From Rhizaria sp. SCN 62-66 (lineage: Eukaryota), in assembly GCA_001724265.1 (NCBI GenBank), contig MEDY01000029.1, forward strand, positions 1-64,000: a DNA stretch of 64,000 bases, read 5' to 3'. The translations under genes and the position numbers were made by a program. Below are positions 25,448 to 37,299 of the stretch, piece by piece (positions within the stretch are counted from its first letter, which is position 1; each line of letters starts with the position of its first letter). The notes beneath the pieces were generated by a model. That model saw only the letters and a program-made list of their open reading frames with translations, did not search any database and was not told the origin of the DNA.

Positions 25448-26707
25448 TCAGATGGCCTTGACCGGAGCCGGGGTGCCCGCAATCGCCTTGCGCGCCAGCT
25501 GATACGCGCCAGTGAGGCCGAGGCAGAAGTTGACGAGGAAGAGAGAGTAGTTCTTGGGCGTGATGACGAGGGAGTAGCGCGCCCAGATGAAGCCCGTGGC
25601 CGTGAGCGCAGTCTGCTGCGCCATCGAGACCGACTCGATCGGGCGGTTGAAGTCGAGGATGTTGGAGATGGACAGCAGCCACTTGAACATGGGCGCCCAG
25701 CCGTGGATGGTGAAGGGGCCCACGGGGGACTCGACAGCCTGGGGGCGGGGCGAGGCACGTGCAAAGGAACGAGAGTGACGACAATAGATGACGAGAGCGA
25801 AGAAATACAAAGTGAGATATGTTGACGTACTTGAATACAGATAAGAAATAAACGGTGGTTTATCAGTGAAATTACGCGAATATACAGGATTCAAGTTGAT
25901 ATAACTCTCTAGTGGCACGGATATCAAGTGATAGTTGGGGAATATGGAACACTATCGTACCTTCTGAACCGTGGCGGGGAGATTGGGGTTGCTCAGCAGC
26001 GCGCGCTTGATGGGCCCACCGGCAACCGCGAGACCTAGCGTGCCCGCCGTGGCCAGCGCAGCAATGACAGGGTTGAACTGGAGGTCCTTGGAGGTGACGG
26101 AAGGCGCGGCGGCGGCGGGGCGGAGGGCGGCGGCGCCAGCGGCCTCGGCAGCGGCCATGCCCTCGATGCGCGCATCGGCAACCTGAAACAGAGCGAAAAA
26201 AACATAACAGTGCAAGAATAAGCACAGCGTTAGTAATATGTGCGTAAAATATAAAATCCGGGAAGCCTGGACTTGTTTTTGGTGCATTGAGCGCGACTGA
26301 GACGGAAACAAAGTGACACGTGAGAACATGGGTCTTGACGGAGGTGAATGTGGAAGTGGACGTACTGCGGCGTTAACCTTGTGAGCAAGCTGATGCTTGT
26401 AGCCGCGCTGAAGCTGGTAAAGCTGGGCGCCAACGTTGAAGAGGTGGCAGGCGAAGAGCAGGTGGTTGCGGGGCTGCACCATCCACGCAAAGCGCATGAA
26501 GACGGCGGAGTAGGCCGCCATAGTGCAGGTCATCTTCATCGAAATCACGTCCGGGGGCTTCGTAACAGCATCCGTCACGGCTGCAGCAACAAGACCCCAG
26601 TTTGCGACGGGGCCCCAGAAGTGTGTGGTCTTCCACCCGTGCTCCGGGTGCGACATAGCGTCGATGAAGCGACGGCCGATAGAGCGGGCGGGGATGCTGG
26701 CACTCAT
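25448..26707 (-). CDS. MPC: Mitochondrial pyruvate carrier, MPC1-MPC2 single-chain fusion (280 aa)
   Basis: Exons 26707-26378, 26182-25961 and 25738-25448, all phase 0. Domain 1 THFWGPVANWG..FMRFAWMVQPRNHLLFACH is MPC1-type. Domain 2 GPFTIHGWAPMFKW..TGFIWARYSLVITPKNYSLFLVN is MPC2-type. Ends in TGA. Confidence 0.88.
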
Positions 26708-27137
26708 CGAGCTTCTGCGGGCGGGAATTCGAGCGCAACGCAGAGGAAGAAGCAACAAGGCGAAAATTAGCAAAATAATTTAAATAAATCGACACATATG
26801 GCAGCATAATCGGAGCATAACTGGAATCAAGCGCGGTTGTAACTCGTTAGGAATGCATTCGAAAAAGCAGACAACCCGAACCGTTGCCAGGATGGTCTGG
26901 CCGCGGTCAGCCTCGTTGCCCACAGTCACTAGCGCGCGCATATCAACATGAAGTGACTTGAAATTAATGTGGGTTCGTTTTTATTTTATGCGTTGTAATT
27001 CTAGTGTTTATTTTACGTCTTGTTCTAAAATACTCTGTTCGTTATCTTCGCTTCCCTCCTAGTATGCTTTCTTCTTGTAAAAGCATCAACTTGATCTTGC
27101 TTGCCGCACACGACATTGACGCGCACTGTAACTCACT

Positions 27138-30100
27138 TTACTTGTCGACGATGCTACTCGGAGTATTATTGCGGTCATCATTGGCCAATTTCTCGCGCAC
27201 GCGCGCAATGACCTTTTGCATCCGCTCTGTTTCAATGGGCTCAGGGTCCTCCCAGTCTGTGCGCGGTCACGACGAACAAAAGCAATAACATCACGATATT
27301 TACGAGAAAATATCAAATTGTAAGATATATGGCCATGAATCGTTGGCATACTATTTTTCGACGCATTATATTTAATTCTTATCAGTTTTATGAAATAGAA
27401 AATGTTCTGTTCAGTTGCATATAATGAGTTTTTCTAAACGTACCAGTCCACTGCCCCTTGGCGGCGCCGTGCACGCGCGCCACCAGCACCTCCCGCAGGC
27501 GCGCTGCCCGCACCAGCAGCAGCTCCGCGGAGCGCATGTCCCCCGCTTTATGCGCGTCGGCGCCAAAGTTCCACGCGCGGCTGCAGACTGCGCGCACGAT
27601 TACGGCCGCCATGCTGCGCGCTGTGTCGCCGCCTGCAGCAGCAGCAGCACCAGCAGCACCAGCAGCCTGTGACTGCATGCTGCCGCTTGCGGAAGGTTTG
27701 CATGAGGGCGGTTGTAAGCCACGCTGTGATTGAGCGTCAAGGATGTCGATGACTGAGTCCGAGGGCAGTGCGAAGGCTGACCACGCAAGTGCACCGGCGC
27801 CGATGCCGGTGCCTGAACCAGGAAGAGTGCTTGCGAGATCAGCATTGGCGTTTGTGAACGGGAGAAGCTTGTCAGTGACCCCGCCGGTGAGCGAGTAAAA
27901 GCTCGCGACAGCGCTGCCGCCGTCGGCCGCAAGCATATCCCACCTCACACGGTCACCGGCAGTGACCACAACACTCGCGTTAATCGGACGAGTGTCATCA
28001 CTGTCAGCGCTGTCGGACATCACGGCTCCACTGATACTTGCAGTCGTCTCTCCAGACTGATGTTGTTGTAAACGGTGTTGTTGCAGCAGTGTCTGCGCCT
28101 CCGCGGCTGCTTTGTCGAGCGTCGCAGTGAACACCCGCTGCGCACAGTCAACCGCGCCCGCAGCGTCAGCGCGCGCGACCGCGGCCTCGGCCGAAGCAGG
28201 GGGCAGCGCGGCGTCGCGCTGTGTCATGTAGGCAAGCAGTTGAGCAAAGATCGCGAGCAGGCAGAGGGGCGAGACTTTGCGTAGGTGCAAGCACAAGTTC
28301 AGCGCGTCCTAACATTCCAAAAATTGCAGTGACAGTGAACATCGTGAGATCTTATATTTTAAGGTGTCGCATGAGACAAAACGTTGATTACATGAGATAG
28401 CGTCCGTTTTTATCGAGGTACACGTACTTTGGTGAACATAATCGCAAGGTCAGCGCGGCCAGCTGCGAGCGCGGCGTCAGTAAGAAGCTTGCATGCGACA
28501 GCGTCTCGTACCAGCGCAGGATACAGCGCCTACAAATCACAAACAAAGTGAAGAAATAACCGGAAGACATATGAGGCGAAATATCAGTTCGATATAGGTC
28601 AACATTTGAACAACATATGTTGGCCTGTGATTAGATAAGGCGAACGTACCTTGATGTAAGTGTACATCTCCGCTGACTTTTTGTTCTTGCCTCCCTCTTC
28701 AAGGGTGTTCCGCATTATGAAGACAGAGAGCAGACGGCGATTCTCGCGCACCTTAGCTTCATCAACACCGACACGTTCCGCCTGCTCTACAGCCTCCTCC
28801 AGCTCCGCAGCAGCCGTGTCGGTGCTGCTGCCAGAGACATTACTGTGCGCAGATGCAGACGTCGAGCTCGAACTGGAACTCGAGCTAGAACTACTATCAG
28901 GCATGGCGTGTTGCACCGGTGTAAGTAGCGTTGTGTCACTGTGGAACGCGTCCAAGTAAGGTTGAATCACTCGGTCCAGTAGACTCTGCGTCCGTAGCGC
29001 GCGCAGACGGCTATCTCCAGTTACAATGCTCGCTGACCGTGAACCTGAGCCCAGTGGCTGCGAGCCGAGACTGCGGCCGGTGATGCTGTTGAGAGAGTGG
29101 CCGCACCATTGCACCGAGACCTGCACAGCCGCCATTGCCATCATTGCGCCCGTGCGCGCGATACGCAGCGACAGCGAAAGCAGTTCGCGCGTGGCGATGG
29201 AGTCATGTGCGCACTGTTCACAATCACTCGTGATCTGTTCATCATTTGTTGTTGCATTCGTGCTCTCATTTTCATTTGAGCTGGCACGTGCGCCAAAACT
29301 AGCACTGTCGGTGGCACTTCCTGTTTGGTCTGCATTGTTTGCGCTCGAGTCATGAGTGTCAGTCATCGCTGCTACACTAGAGTCTGCGTTACTATCTGAA
29401 TTGGCTTTAGCAGCTACACTCGCGTTGCACACGGCTTCAGTCAATCCGCGGTCATCTGTCATATCAACAGTTTCAACCCCTGGCTTGCGCTTATCAGTGA
29501 CAGACTGACTCTGTTCGTGACTGTGTGAATGCACTGGCAATGAAGCGGCAACCACACGTAGCCTCACTGCCTCGCGCGCACACGCCCGGGCCAGCGCCTC
29601 AAGCAGCAGACCGCCAGAGTACAGAAGATAAGCTGCGTGCTGTGGCACGACTGCGTTCGCGTGCAGCGCTGACAGCCAGAGCGACTGTGTGATGTCCTCG
29701 AGACCGCGAAAGGTCAGTCCGCCAATCTTGCCGCGAGCTGCCAACTTGGCGCGTGCATTGATGTTTGCGTGAGCAGTCATGTTATTACTGTTTGTTGCAT
29801 GGCGGAAGCGGGTAATTCGATCTGAGATCATTGGCATGGGCATCAACACGGTCGTCTCAGCCGCACTTACGTTGCCGCTGCTAGTGTTATCGCGCATGCG
29901 AACGCGCTGCTTGTTGTCCCAATCACGCTCGCGCTTTAGCAACGCACGCGTGCTGGCGTTGTATCCAGCGGGCGTAGAGGGCAACTGCATAAACTGCAGG
30001 AATAGCAACGCGTCCTGTGAGAGCACCGTTGCAGCACTCGCGAAGTGCTTTGCAAGAGCTTCGTCGTCGCCATCAGTAGGATGTGTGTCGGTATCGATAT

Positions 30101-33100
30101 CGTTGTGATCACCGTCATGCTTGCCGTCATCAGCGCTAACACCTTGACCATCGCCTTTGCCCCGGCGATTGGTCTTGCTCTTGGTGTGACTGCGGGCAGT
30201 TTCAGGGCCATGAGCAGTCCCATCTTCATCAAGCGACTGTGAGGTAATGGGCTTGTCGTAGAGGAGCGTCGCGGCGTCTGTCTTAATAAGAGCCTTAAAC
30301 ACAACCCCACGCTTCACTTCAAGCCTATGCTGTTCATGTGGTGCCTTCAAGTCGGTGTGCTGACGATTGCCCTCAGTCCGCTCTTCTTCCCCTTCGTTGC
30401 CGTGTGCGCAATCAATCGCATTCGTGTGGGTGTCAAGGCTCTGTGATTCAGCAAGCAGGATCTGGACGCGCTTCATCCAGGTATCCTCCTTTGCCTCACT
30501 CTCAGCAATGCTCTTGCGTTTCAGCTCCAGTGTTTCCTTGTTTGGCACCCCGCCGCCACAGTCATCGCGGTCGAAGAGCCCCACCAGCGCACGCAGCGCC
30601 GCTGACAGCACGGGGGCCACGCCGCTGGCGTGTGCGTCGTCGGCCAGCAGACAGAGCATATCTGCGCTCATCGGCGCAGCATGACTGCCGAGAGCTGTTT
30701 TCTCACCGCGCGCAGTGTCACTGCTCTCGAGAATATCCTGAGAAGTAGCAGGCACGACATCGCCAGCGTTCCCGCGGCGGCTGATAGCGTCGGCCACGTA
30801 TTGCGGCACAGTTGCCTGGTGAGACGCGTTGAACGTGGCCGTGCTCGCAGGCTCTGCGATAGAAGCGCTACTCATCGCCATTGTAGCTTCGTCGCCAGGA
30901 TTTGCGACACTTGTGTCTGCCAGAGTCAGCAAACGATTGTGAGAGCAGAAAGAGTTGTTGTCAGTTGCCGCACTCGCACCACCATCGCCATCAGCCATTT
31001 TGCTTGCGGCAACACTCGTGGCAGTTTCGCCGGTGTTCATATCACCGCGTGCGTCACCAATCTCAGTCAAAGCGCCAGCGCTAGTGTTTGACTCAGTGCT
31101 ACCGCGAGTTGACTTACACTGCTGACACGGCGGGAAAGTAACTGTGGGCACCGCAGCCGCAGCGCCGTCGGCCAATAAAGCTTCCAACAGAGACGTTGCC
31201 TTAAGCTCGCATTGTGCCCGCTTCGCAGTGCCAATGCCGCACTCTGCGGTCAGTGCAAGGAGAGTGCGCAGGCGGTGATAGTTTGCAGTTAAGCACGCGT
31301 GACAGGCAGCATCCGCAGTACTGTTGGTGCTACTGTCTATGTTGGTTGGAGCGCGACTCCGAATAGCCTGCTGCCCCCACAGCGACAATGCGGCGGCCTC
31401 GGTAGTGCTACTGCCTTGTCCGCAAATCACATCAACTTGTTCGTCGCTCCTGGTATCACTAAGGTGCATCGCAACAAGAGCGGACGCGGCGGCAAACAAA
31501 GCGTACGCTGTTGTCAGCTGCTTCAGCTCGAAGGCGACCTGCCCGCGTGATTGCAGAAGCAAAGCCGCGTTGCCCCAGTCTAACGCAGGAAACTTGTCAC
31601 TCGCCGCGGCGTCGCTCAAGGTCACGCGCGCACCATCCTCGCTCTGCTACCCACGGTCATCAGCGCTGAGATCGCGGTCATAGTGAGTGTTGTAGTAAGT
31701 GACCGTGAGCCGCGCCCCGCCAGGCAGTAAGCGCAGAGCTTGGTCTAGAAACAAGCCAGCGCGCGCTAACAGGCGGTTGCACTCGGACAGCGCGACAGCA
31801 GGCTCACTGTGCTGCGCAGCCAACTCAGCGGCGGCGCGGCTGTCAGCGGCCGACTCGCCAGCGTGACTGCCAGCAGCTGTCGAGAGACCGTGAGTGGTGT
31901 CGCGGAAGCGGATTGCGTCGCGGAAGTCAGCGCCTGCAAGGGCCCACAGGGCAGCCATCAGGCTTGAAGAGCCAACGGTCACTACAAACAAACGCAAAGA
32001 TTATATGAGCGAGCAAAGGGTAATGCGAGGCTAAGATCAAGTTTGATGACACGGCTCCAAGTATGGTATGCATCTGCCATTGATGTTGTTGAACGAACCT
32101 GTTTTAGCGGCAGTAAGAGCGTCGTCAAACCGTCCTTGGCCGACAAGCCACTGCAACTCTGCTGCCAGCAACGCAGCACCCTGGGGATCCGAGCCAGTTG
32201 TCGTCTCAGTAACTGCGCTTTCTGAACCGTCGGCAGAAGCAACAGCAGTGGGATCGCCCATGTGACTGTGAGTCGGCGTAGCCACGGGCCAGCGTTTGTG
32301 ACCGAGAGCAAACCCGTGATCTGCGTGGGCAACGGCCTCAGCACTAAGTGCAGTCTCAGCAGCAGCAGCCGCAGAGGGGTCTGTGGTGGCCGTTAGCTGG
32401 CACAGCGACTGCAGGTACTTCACAAGCCTACATGTTGCGAAGCAAGACAAAGCATTGGGCAAGTCAGTAATACGATCGTTACAAATAGACAGCAATATCA
32501 TTCATCGACGCACTCAAACAAGAATTTCCACAGACTCGTTTTATGACGTACATTTGCTCCGTCGTGTCCTAGAGCGCCACCGCCTGCTCCAGCGCCTTAT
32601 CCGCGTCTAGCCACGCCTGCGCGCGCGCCTTGCGTGCCGCGACCCCCGCCCCGCCCGCGCGCTCAGCCGCCCGCAACAGCACGCGGCACCGCAGCCACGC
32701 GTTGTCGTGCGTCGCCTGCAGCGCGAACGCGGCGTTGGCGGCCTCGAGCGCGCGCGTAAAGGCGTGGGTGAGGAGGTAGCACGTGGCGCGCAGACGCAGG
32801 AGGCGGCTGCGGCGGGGGTTGTGGTCGGGGTGGACCTGACTGAAGCACGACAGAGCCTGTGTGCCCACGCACAACGAACGGAAGGGGACGCGTTTAGTTA
32901 GATTCGGGAAATAGTAATGCTCAGGTGTGTTCAGCTTCAGTTCATAAAAAAGAAAGGGTCAGCGATATGACTTAATGTACGTACGAGGTCGATCCAGTCT
33001 AGCGCATCGGTGTAATTCTGCTTCTCACAGAGCTCAGCAGCGTTGTTAGACGCTGTCTTGTATATGCTTTCGGCTTCAGCGGCGATCTTAGGGTTGCGCG

Positions 33101-34155
33101 TGAGCTCTGCTGCACGACGCGTGAAGGCGAGAGCGCGGTCGCTGTTGTGCATCAACCAATACTGCGTTATATTTCATCATAAGCAAAGAAAGTCGGAACT
33201 TAAGCTGAATAAAATGCATGCGCTCTAAGTAACATATTTTATAATTCGCATATTTTCTTGGATATACGCTATTATTCGAGTCTAAAGTGACGTACGAGGT
33301 TGCCCATCCAGGCGAAGAGCGTGTAGCCGACGTCGGGCACAGTGGAGACGAGCCGCGCAGTGTCGCCCAGATCATCCCAGAAGCGCAGTGCAGCTGTAAA
33401 CAGCCTCTCTGCAGCTGCATAGTCTCCGGCATCTAAGTATTGAGAGGATTTGAACAAGACAGTACGCGGCGGATAGAAAAAGCTCCGTGAGACACTTGAA
33501 GTGGGAGATCTGTTGTGAATGACTTGTTCAAGTTGAATGCGCGGGGATACAAACGTACCTGAGAACGCGCGGGCAGCGCGGCCGTGGCTCTTAACTAGCA
33601 GCGTTACGTGATCATCGCTTAGCTTGAGTGTGCCCTCATTGCGGATGCTGACGCCGCCGAGACCGAGGCCGGTCGAGAGGCAAAACATGTCGCATGCCAG
33701 GGCACGAACTTGAAGAAAGCAAAGAAGGCATGAAGGAACAATGAATGTGATGTTAAAACATTGGCCAACAATATCTGCGCATCCGAACCAAAATTTACTG
33801 CGTATATTAGTCTACAGACTTACGTTTAGCGTTCTGAAGAGGGTCCATCTCCTTCTCATGCTGGAACGCCTTGGACGAGATGTAAAGGCCCTTCTTGCGC
33901 AAGTCATTACGCACTTCGCGGGGCAGGAAGTGCCCTTGATGCTTATCTGGTGTCGATGACTCAAGAAAAATAGCAACCTAAAATAAGGTGGATGAGAAAA
34001 CACATTGTATTGCATGGAAGATGTTGGCTGACGGACAAGTTGTTGGTGTGAGCATAGGAGAGCAATTTACGTACTTCTTTGAGGACTTCCTTCACGCGTT
34101 CCTTGTCGCTAAAATCATGAACAGACGTGAAAATCCGTTCAAACAATGTTGACAT
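27138..34155 (-). CDS. ZIP4: Meiotic TPR scaffold ZIP4/SPO22/TEX11-like (~1916 aa, 11 exons, two in-frame TAG)
   Basis: Exons 34155-34075, 33977-33824, 33708-33559, 33432-33296, 33161-32985, 32856-32552, 32427-32099, 31981-28650, 28529-28428, 28308-27444 and 27256-27138; all phases agree. Collinear motifs recalled from ZIP4/TEX11: NAKLRALACDMF, RSRLLRLRATCYL..RALEA..WLRCRVLL, LMAALWALAGADF, SADMLCLLADDA, VVFKALIK, DALNLCL and CSRAWNFG..AELLL. Ends in TAA. Confidence 0.72.
31647..31649 (-). other. In-frame TAG (putative sense codon) #2
   Basis: LSADDRG*QSEDGARVTLSD. ORFs 31647-31997 and 28599-31625 are in the same frame. Confidence 0.7.
32569..32571 (-). other. In-frame TAG (putative sense codon) #3
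   Basis: EQAVAL*DTTEQ-AT|GTACGT. The TAG lies 17 nt before a consensus donor whose phase (2) matches the next exon. Confidence 0.8.
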
Positions 34156-34416
34156 GTTTTCAAGCAAGATCAACGATGAGATCACGCTTTGCACATTGTC
34201 GAATCAAGAGCAGATCCCACCCAGCAGTTCCGCGCGGCCTCCCTACTCGCACCACCGCAAAGTGACGTGCGAAATTACGGCGAGGTTGCTTGAATGATCA
34301 TGGGTGTGAAAGTACGGCATGAAAACATGTTTACTGAATTGGTCATTTTTTTGTCGCAACATCATTGGCCAGCGCTACAAAGCGTGATCAAAGCGTGGTC
34401 TCCACGCAGTCACCAG

Positions 34417-37075
34417 TCACCGCGGCAGGAACATCCGCACCCCGTCCATCTCGGCCGCGCGCGTATCTTGCGTCTCAACCACCACAGCCTCAGCAGCCCT
34501 CGCGACCAACTCCTCGTACCCCATGCCCACATCGCCCGCGTCGCCGCCGTAGACATCCCCGTCCCCGTCATTGGCCTCCGCATCTGTCTCCGCATCGCCG
34601 GTGCAGCCCACGCTGCCTCCGAGGGCCCCGCGCAGCCTGCGGTCCGCCTCGATCAGAACGTCGACCGTTTTGTCGCTCAGCAAGTGGCCGGACAGGAGGG
34701 CCCCGATCGCGGCAACCACGGTAGTCGTCGCCGCACTCAGCGACAGCGACCCGCCTGCTTGCCCCACATGTCCCACATGTTCCGCCACGTGTTCCGCATG
34801 TTCTGCATTAAGTCTGCCGGTACGCGGCTGTGTCGCCGTCTCCGCGCGGGGCGCGTTCATCATCGCCAGCGGGTACAGATGCGGCGGCAGCGCTGAGGCC
34901 GCGAGCGCGATATTCGCCGGCCTCGGGTTCGTGAACGTCGCCAAGAAGGGCACGGAGTCGTCACCGGCCGCGAATCCGTCGCCCCTCACGCCGCTGCCGA
35001 AACCGACGCTGCGTAGCCCCACACCATCGCCACCGGTGTCCGGCGCCTTTTTGTTGCTGTGAACACTGTTGCCGGACGCGGCGGCGGCGACGGCGGCCTC
35101 ACCGGCGGCCTCCCCCGCTACGGAGTCCAGCCACGTCAACTGCTCCCGCAGCCCCGCTTCAGCACTCACGGACTGTACCTGCGACTGTGACTGTGAGACA
35201 ACGCCCGCGGCGGCTGCGGCGTGGAGCTCTGCGACGGAGGCCATCCACTGCCACCACAGCGTCTCGTGGCTATCCAGCTGCAGCACGTCCTCCCCCGCCG
35301 CCGGCGCCGCGTCCCCCCACCCCCAGTGACCGTGAGCGGCGCCCACGGTCGCTTGGCCCGGGGACTGCGGGGCTGCGAGGCCCGCGGTGCCCAGGGCGGC
35401 CGAGGGCGGCGCGGCGTGGGCCGTGAACCACCGGTCGGCGAAGCGCAGCAGGGGCGCAAAGGCGGCCGAGGGGACGATCGCAGTCACCACCTGCGTCTGC
35501 GTCTGACTCTGAACCGCGCTCATGTTGTTATTCGCTGTGCTTGCGGGCACTGTAATGCGCGTGCGCGTGGTAGTGAGTAGAACGCGTTCAGCCGGCGACC
35601 GCGCAGGCCGCAAAGCAGCGCTATTCTGTGCATTGCTAGTGTTGATATCACTGCTGGCATTTGCATTGTTCATGATATACGTCAGCGCGGGCGACAGCAA
35701 CGCCTTCTCGCGGCGGCTCTCCGCAATCGCAGTGCGCCGCAGCGCGGCGGCGACGCGCGGCAGCAGCGCCAGCGCCTGCGCCACGCGCGTCCGAAGGTAA
35801 GCCGTCACGGCCGAAGGGGAGGTCAGCGACGCGGCGGGCGGGGCGGTGACCGTGGGTGGCGCCACCTCGCGGGGAACAAACCGCCAGAGCCCGCCCCGGG
35901 CGCCGCCGCGCGCGCGCTGCGCGCGAGGGGCTCTGCGCGACTGGTCTGCGCGTGCGTTGTTGACGGGGGGCAGCGCGGCGGCTGCCGTGGCGCAGTGCAG
36001 AGAGAGAGCCGCCGCCAGGTCAGTGTGGCCGTAGGGGGCGCCGCCCAACGCCGCAGCAAGCGCCGGCGGGGGCAGCAGGGGCGCGGCTGCGGCACGGACG
36101 CCCGGGCTCGGACTGGGCGGTGCGGGCAGGGTGGCTGTGGCGGCGGCGGCGGGGAGACAGAGGGTGAGGCCTACCGTCGAGGGCGCGTACGGGGGCAGCG
36201 CGATATTTGTCTACAATAAAGCAAAAACAAAATGATAAGAATACTTTAGAGTGTGGTGTTAATTGTTGTACAACTATCTAACGTTATATGTGAAAAAGTA
36301 ATTGTTTGGTAGAGAAAAACGTACGTGAACGTCATGCTCCAGGAGGGCGAGATAACGATCGAAGGCGCTACAGCTGCTGTTGCGGGCCAGCATCCAGCCA
36401 ACCGCTAGCAAAAGGCAGCGAGAGCCAACTGACGCAAAGAGCTCCTCGCCGGACGGGGCGAGAAACGCGATGAAGGGAGACAAAGGCTCGCCGGCAGCGC
36501 CCTGTCCCGGCTCACAGTCATCGTCAAACTCGCCTTCGCCAGTGGAGGTCGGAGAGGACGACGAGGACGACGACAGCGAGGCGCCGTGCGCGAGCCGGAA
36601 CAGAAAACGCGCGGTGGGCGTCTCGCGCGCGGGCCCGTAATGCTGTGCGGCCGCGATGGCGTGTGCGGGGTCGCGCGGCGTGGCGACGGCGGCGTCGAGC
36701 AACCCCCACTGCAGGAGGTGGGCGCGCACGAACAGCGCCGCCGCCGCATCGGACCGCCGGGTGCGCCAGGCGCGCTCGAGGCCGCTGCAGACGGCGCCGT
36801 CGGGCGGAGCTAACGCGCGGTCCCAGCACGAAGGCGCGTAGTCGGTGAGGTGGAGCAGGGTTTGGCCGTGCAGGACGCGCCAGAGCGGGAGTGTGACGTC
36901 GGGCGAGAGGTTGTTGAACTTGGCCTGGCGCAACGTCTCGGGAGACACGTTATCGATCCCAAAGCGGGAGAGTAACTAGCATACGTAAGAAATTGTCGGT
37001 TTAATAGCAGCCATATTGGGCACACTGTTGTTGACGGACAGTTCACGGAGATATACTTACTTCAATTCGAATCAT
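34417..37075 (-). CDS. TEDC1: Tubulin epsilon and delta complex protein 1-like (centriole triplet assembly)
   Basis: Exons 37075-37061, 36975-36325 and 36210-34417; the 5' end is uncertain because the frame is open further upstream. Motifs SPETLRQAKF....LWRVL, GSRCLLLAVGWMLAR and ETLWWQWMASV match recalled TEDC1/C14orf80 motifs. Ends in TGA. Confidence 0.72.
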
Positions 37076-37299
37076 CAGGGCGCCCACCCGTTGCCGGTCC
37101 ACTACCGGCCGAACCGGCGACTCTTCGCGCCCAAAGCTATTGCAAACTTTGGTTACAAATAACTCGTTCGCATCACCGCCAACTTAACTTCTACTGATTT
37201 GCTGGGATTTAAATCTTACTTTTGTTTACTATCCTTTAATAATTATCTCACTGTCTCTGTTTCCATTGTTATTTTTGCATCTGCAGACCGGCGCCCCCG

